64,000 nucleotides of DNA, taken from contig CAWJTV010000011.1 in assembly GCA_963845755.1 (NCBI GenBank), positions 1,248,001 to 1,312,000 of the forward strand, given 5' to 3'. Below the pieces are notes generated by a model, which was given only the letters and a program-made list of their open reading frames with translations, was not told the origin of the DNA and made no database searches. This stretch comes from an uncultured Planctomycetota bacterium (GTDB taxonomy: Bacteria; Planctomycetota; Planctomycetia; Isosphaerales; Isosphaeraceae). Shown in pieces: positions 38,716 through 50,038 of this stretch. The translations under genes and the position numbers were made by a program. Position 1 is the first letter of the stretch. Each line of letters opens with the position of its first letter.

Positions 38716-38763
38716 TCGCGTCCGCCGCCTGAGAGCACATCAGTCGTTGATCGAAAACGAGGG

Positions 38764-40842
38764 TCATCGCCCAAGCAAGGCGGCGACTGGGGTTGCCGTC
38801 ATCGGCTCAAAGATCTCCGTTCCGTCGGGTGCGGGCGCGGCGTGCAGGGCGCCGCAGTGTTCACACGACTCGCGTGTGACCACGCGGAGCTTACGACATT
38901 CTGGGCAGGAGACACGCGCCGGCCATTCCTGCAATACCAGCATCAGGACGAAGCCGACCCAGCCGAAGACCAGGCCCATCAGCGCCCAGCCGATCCCGCG
39001 CGCCGGGAAAAGGCGGAACGGCGGGCCAGCATGGAACAGCCGAGCGCACTGGCCGCAGCCGAGAGCAAGATCAGGGCGACATAGCCGGGGATCAGTCCCC
39101 CGGGAGTCCCTTCAAACCGCGAGGTCCCGGGAACGAAATACCGCATGTTCTCAAGATAATCGAGAAGCACAGGCTGGCGCGTGCTGCGCTTCGAGCGCCC
39201 CTCCCAACGCAGAGACTGCGATAGCCCGACGAGGGTCGCGACCTCCGTCATCGGCGTGACCAGCCCGAAGAACGCCTTGGCATTCGAGGCCGCCGGATAC
39301 GGACGTTGCGGGTGGTCCCGGTGGGCGAGCTCGCGCCCCCCGGCATCGTATTCGTGCAGATGGAATGGCGCGGTCTTGGACTCCTGGGGCTCCACGAAAA
39401 GAGTCCCTGGATTCGGTAGATACCAGGCAAAATTGCGCTCTGGCTTGTCCAACTTGCCCAGCGCGACGAGATAGCCATAGCAGTCGTGGGCCCTCGGCAC
39501 GGACACCATCGGCGAACCCTCCTCGGTCAGGAAGTGGAACGACTTTTCCGTGCCGACGACAAACCACTCATGCTTCGTCAAGAAATCCTCGCACTCGCCT
39601 GCGCTCACCACGGTCTCCCCCGCACTCGGAGTAAAGAGGGCTCGGATCGTGCGCCGGGCAAAATCGACCGTGTCAACGCGGCCAGGAAAAGCCAGGAATG
39701 GAATGTTAAAGGTGTACCAGCGATTATTCTCATATCGAAGCTCTCCTTCGAAAGCGCGGGCCCGGCTGCGCCCCGGGCGGGGTAAACCCATCCGGTCCGA
39801 AACTGCCAAGGAGATGATGGTAATACAGATGGCGGCCGACCAGGCGGCCCTGAGCCTGGTCGTAATACCAGAGTTCGTTGCCTGGCTTCGTCTCGTTCCT
39901 GCATTCCACGTAGAATCGGCCGCTATTGCGATAGCTCGAGAAGAGTGGAGCCCCCATGTAGGAGGCCGGGGCCGCCAGTCTCGGACGATCCACGCTGCGA
40001 TTGAGATCGGGCAGCTCGTGCCCCTCGAGATCGGTCCAGGGACCTATCGGGCCGCGGCCCATGGCGAAGGGCATGGCCACCTCCCGTCCCTGGCGATCGA
40101 TGATCCATTCCCAACAGAACCCGGAATCGAACCACGCGCCGATCGTTTGCTTGCCGAACATGCTCACGATCAAGAGACCTGCAAGGAAGGTCATGGCCAG
40201 GGCGGCCTTGGCGAGACGAGGTTGCGGGGCATAGGCGCCTCCGGCGCAGATGCTGCCCCAGGCCGCCACGCTGACCACCAGACCGATGATCGCGATCGCC
40301 AGCAGGGCCTGCCAGAATTCAGGCAGGACCCACACGAGGAAGGAGCAGAAAAAGGCTGCGGCCAGGGCCAAACCACGGCTGCCATACCAGCGCACGTCTC
40401 GCTGGGCCGTGAGCATCCCCGCGAAGTAGTAGACCAGGCCCGAGAGGATGTCCGCCAGCCAGGGAAGGCTCGTCCGCCAATGATAGGGCGCCAGCAAGTT
40501 GCCCGGTCTCGCCTTCCAGGTCTCGATACACACAAACGGAATGCCCAGCGCGAGCAAGTAGAGGCTCATGCCGGCGATCGCCTTGGCGAGGAAAACACGC
40601 GATGGGTAGAGCGGCCGGTGGAACAGCAGCGAACGCGGGTCGCCGTGTCCGTCAAAGAACACCTGCAGGAACCCGAGCGCCGTGCCGAAGAGGACGCCCG
40701 TGAGGCACAAGAAGAACGCGATTGTGACGTCGGGCATGGGCTCGCCGGGCTTATTGATCAGGAACATGAGCAAGATCGCCAGGCCGGGCAGAGGCACCCA
40801 CTTGAGGTGTTCCCGCCACTCTTTGAAGATCAACGCTTTCAT
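38764..40842 (-). CDS. ABC transporter permease with large soluble domain and C-terminal CxxC..CxxC; frameshifts near 39755 and 39005
   Basis: MKALIFKEWRE, LLFHRPL...FLAKAIAG, C-terminal CPECRKLRVVTRESCEHCG. Paralog of the next permease. Confidence 0.75.
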
Positions 40843-41110
40843 GGTGAGTCCCCCGATTAACTGAATCCTCGTGATAGGGAAAGTGAGCGTGTGATGAGGT
40901 CGCGAGTGCCGCCCATCAATGCCCCGAAGGGGCCGAAACATACCAGCCCGGGGCAACGCCCCGGGGACTGGGACGACCACCCCAATCCCAGCCCTCAAAG
41001 GGCGAGACAAGCCGGGCCGCTCCGTTGAGGTGTTCCGCCCTTTCAGGGCGGTTTTCGTGGGGCTTCCGATTCCCGGGGCGTTGCCCCGGGCTGATCTGTT
41101 TCGGCCCCTT

Positions 41111-41511
41111 GGAACGCTGACGAAACAACCTCCCGATTTCCCCTCGTTCCCATGCTCCGCGTGGGAATGCCGTCCGGGACGCTCCGCGTCCCACGGGCGG
41201 GGCCGAAGGCCGCGACGCAGAGCGTCGAAGAAGGCATTCCCACGCAGGGACCGCTGACGAAACAACTTCCCGAAAACCCGCTGGTAAGTACGAGTCTGTC
41301 CTGGAAGCCTCAATGGCCGTCTCGTAGGGTGCTCTGTGAGCACCGAATTCGGCAAAGTACACCGGATCGGTGCTCACAGAGCACCCTACAAAGACCTTCC
41401 GAGATAGTCACTAAGTACCTCCGGAATCCGGGAAGTTATTTCGTCGGCATTCCGAGCGTGGGAACGAGTTAGGGCTGGTCCGATTCCGGGAAGTTGTTTC
41501 GTCAGCGTTCC
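41111..41511. mobile_element. 194-bp MITE copy 1, carrying a 206-bp nested insertion
   Basis: 25-bp TIRs GGAACGCTGACGAAACAAC(C/T)TCCCG. Matches 45831-46024 once 41248-41453 is removed. Confidence 0.85.
41248..41453. mobile_element. Nested 206-bp MITE of the same TIR family, containing a GTAG REP doublet
   Basis: Ends GGACCGCTGACGAAACAACTTCCCG and reverse complement GGAATGCCGACGAAATAACTTCCCG. Perfect 23-bp IR at 41324-41346 and 41367-41389. Confidence 0.8.
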
Positions 41512-41579
41512 TCGGGGCGTGGACAACCCGACGTTCCTCGCACCGTCTCGCCCTCGCTTTCCCTCTTGCGTGGACCTAT

Positions 41580-43687
41580 TTAGATTGCTGTCAATGTGAC
41601 GTGCCTTAGCGCACTGGCCGATTCGAAGATCTCCGTGCCGTCGGGTGCCGGTGGGGCGTGCAGGCCACCGCAGTGTTCACACCGGTCGCGTGTGACAACC
41701 CGGAGCTGGCGACAATCCGGGCAGGAGACGCGCGCCGGCCATTGCTGCACCACGAGCATCAGGAGCCACCCGACCCAGCCAAAGAAGAAGCCAACGAGTG
41801 CCCACATGATGCTGCGCCCGCGGGAAAAGGCATAGCGGCGGGCCAGCAGCCAGCAGCCAATCGCGCTGGCCGCTCCCGACAGCACGACCAAGGCGATGTA
41901 GCCGGGAACCAATCCGGTTGGGACCTCTTCAAGCCTGGAGGTACCAGGGATGTAATACCGGCTGTTCTCAAGGTAATCGAGAAGCATGGGCTTCCGGGTG
42001 CTTCCGTTCCGGCGCCCTCCCAGCGCAGGTACGCGCGATGCGCCAACAAGGGCCGCGGCCTCCGTCATCGGCGTCACCGCTCCGAACAAGGCCTTGGCGT
42101 ACGAAGCCGCTGGGTTGGGACGTTTCAGGCCGCTGCGGTGGGCGAGCTCACGACCGGAGGTGTCGTATTCGTGAAAATGGAATGGCGTGGACTTGAACTC
42201 CGCGGGCTCCGCCAATGACTCCATCGGCTCATACCAGGCGAAGAAGCGTTCTGGGTTTTCCAGCCTGCCGAGCATGACGAGATACTTATCCTTCTGGCGG
42301 TCTTGAACCCTCGGTACCGAAAGCACCGGCGCGCCGTCTTCCGTCAGGACATGGAGCGACCTGTCCGTGCCGACGAAAACCCGTTTCCATTCTCGGTCAA
42401 GGTCATCGTCGCAATCACTTCCAAAGGTTATGGTCTCTCCGGCAGCAGGAGTAAAGAGCGTTCGGATCGTGCGCCGGGCAAAATCGACCGCGTACACGCC
42501 GTCCGAGCACACCAGGCACCCGTAGTTCATCTGACCGTAGTACCAACGGATGCGATAGCGAAGCTCTCCGTGGAAGCGTTCCCCCGGGCGCACGCCGGCC
42601 GGAGTAAAACCGTCCGGGCCGAAACGGCCAACGAGCTGATGATAGGACCTGTCGTATCCGACCAGGCGGCCCTCGGCCAGGTCGAAATACCAGACTTCGT
42701 TTCCTGGCTTGGAATCGTTCTTGTATTCGGCGTAGAATCGGCCGGGATTACGGTAACTCCAGAGGTGCGGCGTCTCCATTGCTACACTCGGGGCCTCGAA
42801 GTTGCCATCGCCCTTACCCTCGAACACAGGGAACATCGGCCGTTTGAGGCCGGGCAGCTCCTGTCCGTTGAGGTCGGTCCAAGGGCCTAAATAACCGAGG
42901 GCGGTTATGACCAAGGGAGCCGCCATCACCCGCCCCTGGCGGTGGATTCCGTAGGCCCACCGGAACCCGGAATCGGACCACTCCCCGATCATTTGCTTGC
43001 CGAGCATGCTCAGGATCAGCAGAGCCGCCAGAAAGGTCATCGCCAGGCCAGCCTTGGCGAGCCGCGGCTGGCTGGCATACTCGCCTCCGGCCGAGAAGCT
43101 GCCCCACGCCGCCACGCCCACAAACGACCCGATGATCCCGATCGCTACGAGCGCTTGCCAGAACTCGGGCAGTGTCCAGACCAGGCAGGAGCCGAAGAAG
43201 GCTCCGGCCAGAGCCAAACCCCGGCTGCCGTACCAGCGCACGCGCGCTGGGCCATGAGCATCCCCGCGAAGTAGTAGACCAGGCCCGAGAGAATGTCCGC
43301 CAGCCAGGGAAGGCTCATCCGCCAATGATAGGGCGCCGGCATGTTGCCCGGCGTCGCCTTCCAGGTTTCCAGACACACAAAAGGAATCCCCAGCGCCAGC
43401 AGGTAGAGGCTGACGCCGGCGAGCGCCTTGGCCAGGAAGATGCGCGACGGGCTCAGCGGCCGGTGCAAGAGCAGCGAACGCTTGTCGCCGTGCGCCTCGA
43501 AGACGATCTGCAAAAAGCCGAGCGCCGCGGCGAAGACGACGGCGGTCAGGCAGTAATAGTACGCGTCCGTATCAACGGGCATGGGCGCCTCGGGCTTCTC
43601 GATGGAGAAGACGAGGAGGATGACCAGGCCGGGCAGCGGGACCCACTTGAGGTGTTCCCGCCACTCCTTCAGGATCAGCGCTTTCAT
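41580..43687 (-). CDS. ABC transporter permease (paralog 2) with C-terminal CxxC..CxxC; frameshift near 43245
   Basis: MKALILKEWREHLKWVPLPG...CPDCRQLRVVTRDRCEHCG. ATGA overlap with the ATPase gene. Confidence 0.78.
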
Positions 43688-44656
43688 GATGCGTCTCCAA
43701 TCGTGTTCAGGAAGAAACTCCTGTCACCCTGCCGTCCGACATGGGCGATCAAGGCGTCCTCCAGGCTGATCGGCAGCTCGTCCACGGCCTCGGCCCCGAG
43801 GGATTCGAGATCGCGCCTGGTCCGTCCGTTGAGATTGGCCACGATGAGAGACAGCTCGTTCTCGGTCCGCGTCGCCCGCAGCAGGCCCGGGATGGCCGGT
43901 AGCTTCCGAGGCGGCTCGCCAGGGAACCGCACCACCAGCGAGCGCACGCGGTCGCGGAACGTGTCGAACGCTGGCGCAGGCCCGCAAGATGCTGTAGTCG
44001 AGAATCGCGACGTGGTCGGCGACCCGCTCCACATCATCCAGGAGGTGGGTCGAGAAGAAGATCGTGCGCTCGCGGCTGCGGGTGAAGTAGATCATGGCCT
44101 CGAGCAAGGACCTGCGGGCGGCGGGGTCCAGGCCGGTGGCCGGATCATCGAGCATCAGCACCTCCGGCTCGATCGCCAGCGTCATCGCCAGGTGGAGGCC
44201 GGCGCGCTGGCCGTGCGAGAGGTGGCCGGCCCTGGTGCTCGGGTTGATCGCGAAGTAGTCGATCACGGCGGCGAAGATTTCTTGCTTCCAGTGATGGTAG
44301 AAGCTGCGTTGAAATCGCCCGTACTGGCCGACCCGCATCCAGGCGTAGACGGGATGTCCCTCGGCCATGTAACCGATCCGGGCGCGGGTTTCGGGACGGA
44401 GCGTGGCGCTGTCGCAGCCGAGGATGATCGACGAGCCGCGTGTCGGCTCCAGGAGGCCCAGGAGCATGCGGATGGTCGTCGTCTTGCCGGCTCCGTTGCG
44501 GCCGATGAATGCGAAGACGCTGCCCCGCGGCACCCGGAAGGAGACGCTGTCGACCGCGCATTTTCGCCCGAAGTAGCGCGTCAGCCCCCGCGCCTCGATC
44601 ACCGAGTCACACGGATCGGGTGGGCTGGTGTGGTCACAAAGAGCTGTTGCGATCAT
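43684..44656 (-). CDS. ABC transporter ATP-binding protein (YtrB-like); frameshift near 43970
   Basis: GRNGAGKTT, LSHGQ, MLDDP, STH. Confidence 0.9.
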
Positions 44657-45068
44657 GTTTTGCTCCAATCGGTTTGGTTTCCCAATCCAGCTCGGTCAGC
44701 TTCTCGTCCACGACCTTGCGGATTTCCTCGGCGCTGAAGTCGAGGAAAACCGCTTCATGGATGAAGTCGTTAACGGCGAGCCGCAACCGCCGCAGACGTT
44801 CGGCCTTGCTGTAGATCTGCCGCTTCTCCGCCACGAAAAAGCCCATGCCCTGTTGCGATTCCAGCACCCCGTCGCGCACCAGCTCCGCGTAGGCCTTGAC
44901 CACGGTGTTGGCGTTGACAACCAACCGCTCGGCCAAACTCCGCACACTGGGCATTGCCTGACCGGGGATCAGGGCGCCCGTGGCCACGCCCAGGCGCACC
45001 TGATCGATGATCTGGCGGTAGATCGGCGTGCCGGTTCCGGTCGTAACGTTGATGTGGAAGGCGGACAT
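44634..45068 (-). CDS. GntR family regulator, YtrA subfamily
   Basis: PIYRQI, MPSVRSLA...VNANTVVKAY, GMGFFV, short C-terminus; heads an ABC operon. Confidence 0.92.
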   Translation of the reverse strand: MSAFHINVTTGTGTPIYRQIIDQVRLGVATGALIPGQAMPSVRSLAERLVVNANTVVKAYAELVRDGVLESQQGMGFFVAEKRQIYSKAERLRRLRLAVNDFIHEAVFLDFSAEEIRKVVDEKLTELDWETKPIGAKHDRNSSL

Positions 45069-45077
45069 CGTTCACCA

Positions 45078-45128
45078 CCTGTACTAGTTGTAGTAGTACA
45101 GGATAAGGTTCTCTCTTACAGTTGTCAA
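45078..45128 (-). promoter_or_regulatory. sigma70 promoter and YtrA-type operator
   Basis: Minus strand TTGACA-N17-TATCCT. Palindrome CCTGTACTA-N7-TAGTACAGG at 45078-45102. Confidence 0.78.
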
Positions 45129-45669
45129 GCCTTTGGACGGAAATTATTTCCCGGAGCCGCTCGCGATGGCGTCTGATGGGCGTTGATCACCATTTCCAGG
45201 GTAATCCCCGGCCCGATGGGATCGCGGGGCATGATCTCCGCTGATTGCCAAAAGCCCACGCCAAACCACGTTCTTAGAGTCCGCGATGCGTCCTGAACGA
45301 CTGCGCCTTTCGGAGCGGAACACGCAGTCCGATCGGGCCGCCTCGCCTCCCGCGCGTCAGTCCGTCCCCCTTGCTCCCACCGTGGCCCGGTGCGCATTTT
45401 CACGCAGAAAGCGCACTGCTGAACTGGCGAACCGAGTTCCTTCTCTGTTGAGGCCTTCGCCCTGGCCTACGAACCGCGAGCCGCGTTGCGCGCGTTGGTC
45501 CGACGGCACCGAAGTCGATTGATCCGAGTCGTTATGCTGGCGAGAGTCCGTTCAAGACGTGTCCCCATGCCGGGCAAGAAACAGCTTTCCCTTCGGATGG
45601 CATGGATTCCTCCCCAGACGGCCTCCGATCGAGCGCACATTCGCGGGCGGGCGGGGCCCTATTCCCCTG

Positions 45670-45816
45670 ACGCGGCCTTCGGCCGCAACCCCATCGGGAT
45701 TCCCGATTCGCGATTCCGGATTCCCGAAGGGGAAGGATCCGGGAATCCGGAATCTCGAATCCGGAATTCGGAATCCCCAGAGGTGCGCAGGGCGCAGGGA
45801 GCCTACGGAGGACGAC
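45670..45816 (+). repeat. Heptamer-repeat element, copy A
   Basis: ACGCGGCCTTCGGCCGCAACC + (GATTCNN)n / (GAATCNN)n inverted arrays + GGCGCAGGGAGCCTACGGAGGACGAC. Confidence 0.8.
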
Positions 45817-45820
45817 GCGA

Positions 45821-46215
45821 ACGCGGCCTTGGAACGCTGACGAAACAACCTCCCGATTTCCCCTCGTTCCCATGCTCCGCGTGGGAATGCCGTCCGGGAC
45901 GCTCCGCGTCCCACGGGCGGGGCCGAAGGCCGCGACGCAGAGCGTCGAAGAAGGCATTCCCACGCAGAGCGTGGGAACGAGTTAGGGCTGGTCCGATTCC
46001 GGGAAGTTGTTTCGTCAGCGTTCCTTCGGCCGCAAAGCAATCGGGATTCCCGATTCGCGATTCCGGATTCCCGAAGGGGAAGGATCCGGGAATCGCGAAT
46101 CCGGAATTCGGAATCCCCAGAGGTGCGCAGGGGAAGGATCCGGGAATCGGGAATCGCGAATCCGGAATTCGGAATCCCCAGAGGCGCAGGGCGCAGGGAG
46201 CCTACGGAGGACGAC
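45821..46215 (+). repeat. Heptamer-repeat element, copy B (interrupted by the MITE; internal duplication)
   Basis: Same head, arrays and tail as copy A. Ends next to the phosphoketolase stop codon. Confidence 0.8.
45831..46024. mobile_element. 194-bp MITE copy 2 (uninterrupted)
   Basis: 25-bp TIRs. Inserted in the GCGGCC-TTC-GGCCGC hairpin with TT duplicated. Internal CTCGTTCCCA..GTGGGAA REP-like doublet. Confidence 0.88.
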
Positions 46216-46216
46216 T

Positions 46217-48679
46217 TTAAATGTTGTCCCCTTCGGTGGAGGTCGTGCCCGAGCCCGCCCGACTCTTCAGCCCCCACCTCCAACCGCTGATCGCCGGCAT
46301 GTCATCGCCGAACCGGCCGATGTACTCTCTATGCTCGATGAGCCTGTCGTGGATCGCCTGCTTGAAGTAGGCGGCCCGGGCGCCCAACTGCGGTAGCCGA
46401 TCGATCACGTCCTCCACCAGGTGAAACCGGTCGAGGTCGTTGAGGACCACGATGTCGAACGGCGTCGTCGTCGTGCCCTCTTCCTTGTAGCCGCGAACGT
46501 GCAGGTTCTTGTGGTTCGTGCGCCGGTATGTCAGGCGGTGGACCAGCCACGGGTAGCCGTGGAAGGCGAAGATGATCGGTTTGTCTTTCGTGAACAGGGC
46601 GTCGAAGTCCGCGTCCGCCAGGCCGTGCGGGTGCTCGCGGCACGGCTGCAGAGTCATCAGGTCCACGACATTGATCACGCGAACCTTCAGCTCCGGCAGG
46701 TGTGCGCGCAGGAGCTCGACCGCCGCCAGCGTCTCGAGGGTCGGCACATCGCCGCAGCAGGCCATGACCACGTCCGGCTCACTCCCCTTGTCGTTGCTGG
46801 CCCACTCCCAGATGCCGAGGCCTTGCGTGCAGTGCTTGACGGCCTGGTCGATCGTCAGCCACTGCGGCGCGGGCTGCTTGCCCGCGACGACGACGTTGAC
46901 GTAGTTGCGGCTCCGGAGACAGTGGTCGGTCACGGACAGGAGGCAGTTGGCGTCGGGCGGCAGGTAGACGCGGATCACCCCGGCCTTCTTGTTGACGACG
47001 TGGTCGATGAAGCCGGGGTCCTGATGGCTGAAGCCGTTGTGGTCCTGGCGCCAAACGTGCGAGCTGAGCAGATAGTTGAACGAGGCGATCGGCCGCCGCC
47101 AGGGGATGTGGTTGCACACCTTCAGCCACTTGGCGTGCTGGTTGAACATCGAGTCGATGATGTGGATGAACGCCTCGTAACAGGAGAAGAATCCGTGCCG
47201 GCCGGTCAGGAGGTATCCCTCCAGCCAGCCCTGGCACTGGTGCTCGCTGAGCACCTCCATCACCCGGCCGTCCGGGCTGAGCTTGTCGTCCTCCGGGTAG
47301 ATCTCGGCCATGTAGCAGCGGTTGGTCACCTCCAGCACATCCTGCCAGCGGTTCGAGTTGTTCTCGTCCGGGCTGAACAGGCGGAAGTTCTGGCTCTCCA
47401 AATTCTGCTTCATGACGTCCCGCAGGAACGTACCCATCGCCCGGGTCGACTCGGCCATGGTCGCGCCGGGGCTGGGAACGTCGACCGCATAGTCGCGGAA
47501 GTCCGGCAACTTGAGGTCGCGCAGCAGCAGGCCGCCGTTGGCGTGCGGATTGTCGCTCATCCGGCGATGTCCCTTCGGGGCCAGCTCGGCCAGCTCGGGG
47601 AGCAGCCGGCCCTGGGCGTCGAACAGCTCCTCGGGCCGGTAGCTCTTCATCCACCCCTCGAGGATGCGGATGTGCTCGGGCTTGTCCATGTCGCCCATCG
47701 GCACCTGGTGGCTCCGCCAGTAGTCCTCGCACTTCTTGCCGTCGATCTCCGGGGGGCAGGTCCAGCCCTTCGGGGTGCGGAAGACGATCATCGGCCAGGC
47801 CGGCCGCTTCACGACGCCCCTGGTGCGGGCGTCGTCCCAGATCCGCCGGATCTCCGCGACGACGGCGTCGAGGACACTGGCGAGCTGCTGGTGGACCGCA
47901 CCCGGGTCGCGCCCTTCGACGAAGTAAGGTTTGTAGCCCATGCCCTCGAAGAACTTCTGCAACTCGTCCTTCGGGATGCGGGCGAGGAAGCAGGGGTTGG
48001 CGATCTTGTACCCGTTCAGGTGGAGGATGGGGAGCACGCAACCGTCTCGTGCCGGGTTGAGGAACTTATTGCCATGCCAGCCGGTGGCGAGCGGGCCGGT
48101 CTCCGCCTCGCCGTCACCGACCACGCAGGCGACGATCAGGTCCGGATTGTCGAATGCCGCCCCGTAGGCATGGCTCAGGGCGTACCCGAGCTCGCCCCCC
48201 TCGTGGATGCTGCCCGGAGTCTCGGGGGCGACGTGGCTGGGGATGCCCCCCGGGAAGCTGAACTGCTTGAACAGCCTCCTCATCCCCTCCGCATCCTGGC
48301 TGATCTCCGGATAGACCTCGCTGTAGGTGCCTTCGAGGTAGGCGTGGGCGACCAGGGACGGCCCGCCGTGGCCCGGGCCGATGACGTAGATCATGTTCAG
48401 GTCATCTCGCTTGATGACCCGGTTGAGGTGGACGTAGAGCATGTTCAGGCCCGGCGACGTGCCCCAGTGGCCGAGCAACCGCGGCTTGATGTGCTCCCGC
48501 CCCAGCGTTTCCTCCAGGAGCGGGTTGTCCAGGAGGTAGATCTGGCCGACCGACAGGTAATTGGAGGCCCGCCAGTAGGCGTCCATCGTGCGCAGTTCGC
48601 CGGCGGAAAGAGGCCCTGCCGCCGCGTCCTTGGTACCGTCACCGCTTTTCGGTTTCACTTCGCTGCTTGCGGGTGCCAT
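46217..48679 (-). CDS. xfp: Phosphoketolase (XFP family)
   Basis: [60 protein letters not shown]. Confidence 0.96.
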   Translation of the reverse strand: MAPASSEVKPKSGDGTKDAAAGPLSAGELRTMDAYWRASNYLSVGQIYLLDNPLLEETLGREHIKPRLLGHWGTSPGLNMLYVHLNRVIKRDDLNMIYVIGPGHGGPSLVAHAYLEGTYSEVYPEISQDAEGMRRLFKQFSFPGGIPSHVAPETPGSIHEGGELGYALSHAYGAAFDNPDLIVACVVGDGEAETGPLATGWHGNKFLNPARDGCVLPILHLNGYKIANPCFLARIPKDELQKFFEGMGYKPYFVEGRDPGAVHQQLASVLDAVVAEIRRIWDDARTRGVVKRPAWPMIVFRTPKGWTCPPEIDGKKCEDYWRSHQVPMGDMDKPEHIRILEGWMKSYRPEELFDAQGRLLPELAELAPKGHRRMSDNPHANGGLLLRDLKLPDFRDYAVDVPSPGATMAESTRAMGTFLRDVMKQNLESQNFRLFSPDENNSNRWQDVLEVTNRCYMAEIYPEDDKLSPDGRVMEVLSEHQCQGWLEGYLLTGRHGFFSCYEAFIHIIDSMFNQHAKWLKVCNHIPWRRPIASFNYLLSSHVWRQDHNGFSHQDPGFIDHVVNKKAGVIRVYLPPDANCLLSVTDHCLRSRNYVNVVVAGKQPAPQWLTIDQAVKHCTQGLGIWEWASNDKGSEPDVVMACCGDVPTLETLAAVELLRAHLPELKVRVINVVDLMTLQPCREHPHGLADADFDALFTKDKPIIFAFHGYPWLVHRLTYRRTNHKNLHVRGYKEEGTTTTPFDIVVLNDLDRFHLVEDVIDRLPQLGARAAYFKQAIHDRLIEHREYIGRFGDDMPAISGWRWGLKSRAGSGTTSTEGDNI

Positions 48680-48690
48680 GAACCATTCCT

Positions 48691-49512
48691 TCAGTAGGTC
48701 TCGGGAATGAACTTGAACGGGTAGTTCGGTTCCTTGTAGTCTCCGGCCTTCTGTCGTTTGGGCAGACGGACCGCCTCGCGCGGGGCGTCGTGATAAGGGA
48801 TCTGGCTCAGGAGATGGCTGATGATGTTCAGTCTCGTGCGTTTCTTGTCGTCGGACCGCACCACGAACCACGGTGCCCAGGAGGTGTCAGTCGCCGCGAA
48901 CATCTCGTCCCGCGCCCGAGAATAGTCGTACCAGCGGCTGTAGGACTCCAGATCCATCGGCGATAGCTTCCAGATCTTCCGGCCGTCGTGAATCCGCGCT
49001 TCCAGTCGCCGGGTCTGCTCTTCCTCGCTCACTTCCAGCCAGTACTTCAGCAAGATGACTCCGGACTCGACGATCGCCTTCTCCACGGGCGGCGTGGCCT
49101 GAAGAAAGTGGCGCGCCTGCTCGTCGGAGCAGAACCCCATGACCCGCTCGACACCGGCGCGGTTGTACCAGCTACGGTCGAAGATCACGATCTCGCCTGC
49201 CGCCGGGAGATGGGGTAGATACCGCTGGATATACATCTGCGTCTTCTCGCGATCGGTCGGTGCCGGCAACGCAAGGACCCGGAAGACCCGCGGGCTGACG
49301 CGTTCGGTGATGGCCTTGATGACACCTCCCTTGCCGGCACCGTCCCGCCCCTCGAATACGATGCAGACTTTCAGGCCCTTGTGCTTCGCCCACTCCTGGA
49401 GCTTGACCAACTCCACGTGCAGCTTCTCGAGTTCGCCCGAGTAATCCTTGCCTTTGAGCTTCTCATGCGCAGCGGGCGCGTTCTCCGCCGTTTTCTTGTC
49501 GCGACGGCTCAC
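48691..49512 (-). CDS. ppk2: Polyphosphate kinase 2
   Basis: [38 protein letters not shown] start after AAGGA. Confidence 0.95.
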   Translation of the reverse strand: MSRRDKKTAENAPAAHEKLKGKDYSGELEKLHVELVKLQEWAKHKGLKVCIVFEGRDGAGKGGVIKAITERVSPRVFRVLALPAPTDREKTQMYIQRYLPHLPAAGEIVIFDRSWYNRAGVERVMGFCSDEQARHFLQATPPVEKAIVESGVILLKYWLEVSEEEQTRRLEARIHDGRKIWKLSPMDLESYSRWYDYSRARDEMFAATDTSWAPWFVVRSDDKKRTRLNIISHLLSQIPYHDAPREAVRLPKRQKAGDYKEPNYPFKFIPETY

Positions 49513-50038
49513 GTCAATTCCTTTCAATGACAAGTTCTTGCTGGAGCGCGATGAGGGGCACGCCGATCGGACTGGAGGATGTGTCGCCCGGAATGGCAAG
49601 CGAAATCCTCGGCGGCAGCTCCGGGGCTCGATGATGAAGGGTGATCGGGGCTGCCTGATTCCTCGCTCGGGAGCGACCAACGACGTCCGAAAGCTATCAT
49701 ATCGTCTCCCCTCGGGAAAGGACCTCCGCCCCCGATTTTCCCGCCCTCGCCGACTTCCACGCCGGGGACGGCCAACTCCTCCTCCTGATGCTCGACCTGA
49801 TCCAGGTGACTCGCGGCGGCGTCTCCACGACGGGACCTCTCGAAACTCGCCGGTCAAGTCGATGGAATCCAGGGCGGCGCATCACATGAGCCTCACCGAA
49901 ATACAGACGCCAATAAATGCAATCGTGCGAGATGCACTCGCGAAACAGGTACCGGGATATGGCGGCCTCGACCCAATTCCGGCTAGAGTTGTGTTCGATC
50001 GAAGTAATCGAGTCCATGGTTCGTTGGGAGCTGCCGCG

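Larger units (their letters stand above)
40920..41520. repeat. Large REP-like inverted-repeat element interrupted by nested MITEs
   Basis: GCCCCGAAGGGGCCGAAACA..CAGCCCGGGGCAACGCCCCGGG at 40921 pairs with 41072-41110 plus 41512-41518. Confidence 0.8.

Noticed and set aside
40843..41377. ORFs and N-terminal extensions crossing the repeat clusters (also 45486..46396 and 36576..37199)
   Set aside because: They are translations of palindromic or repeat DNA; better starts exist downstream.
45670..46215. Possible CRISPR array
   Set aside because: The repeats are heptamer arrays and MITEs without regular unique spacers, and no cas genes are present.
46421..48697. Long antisense or alternative-frame ORFs (also 34818..36878, 52205..54130, 32506..34116, 43172..44737)
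   Set aside because: Shadow ORFs of real genes, expected at high GC, with no recognisable motifs.
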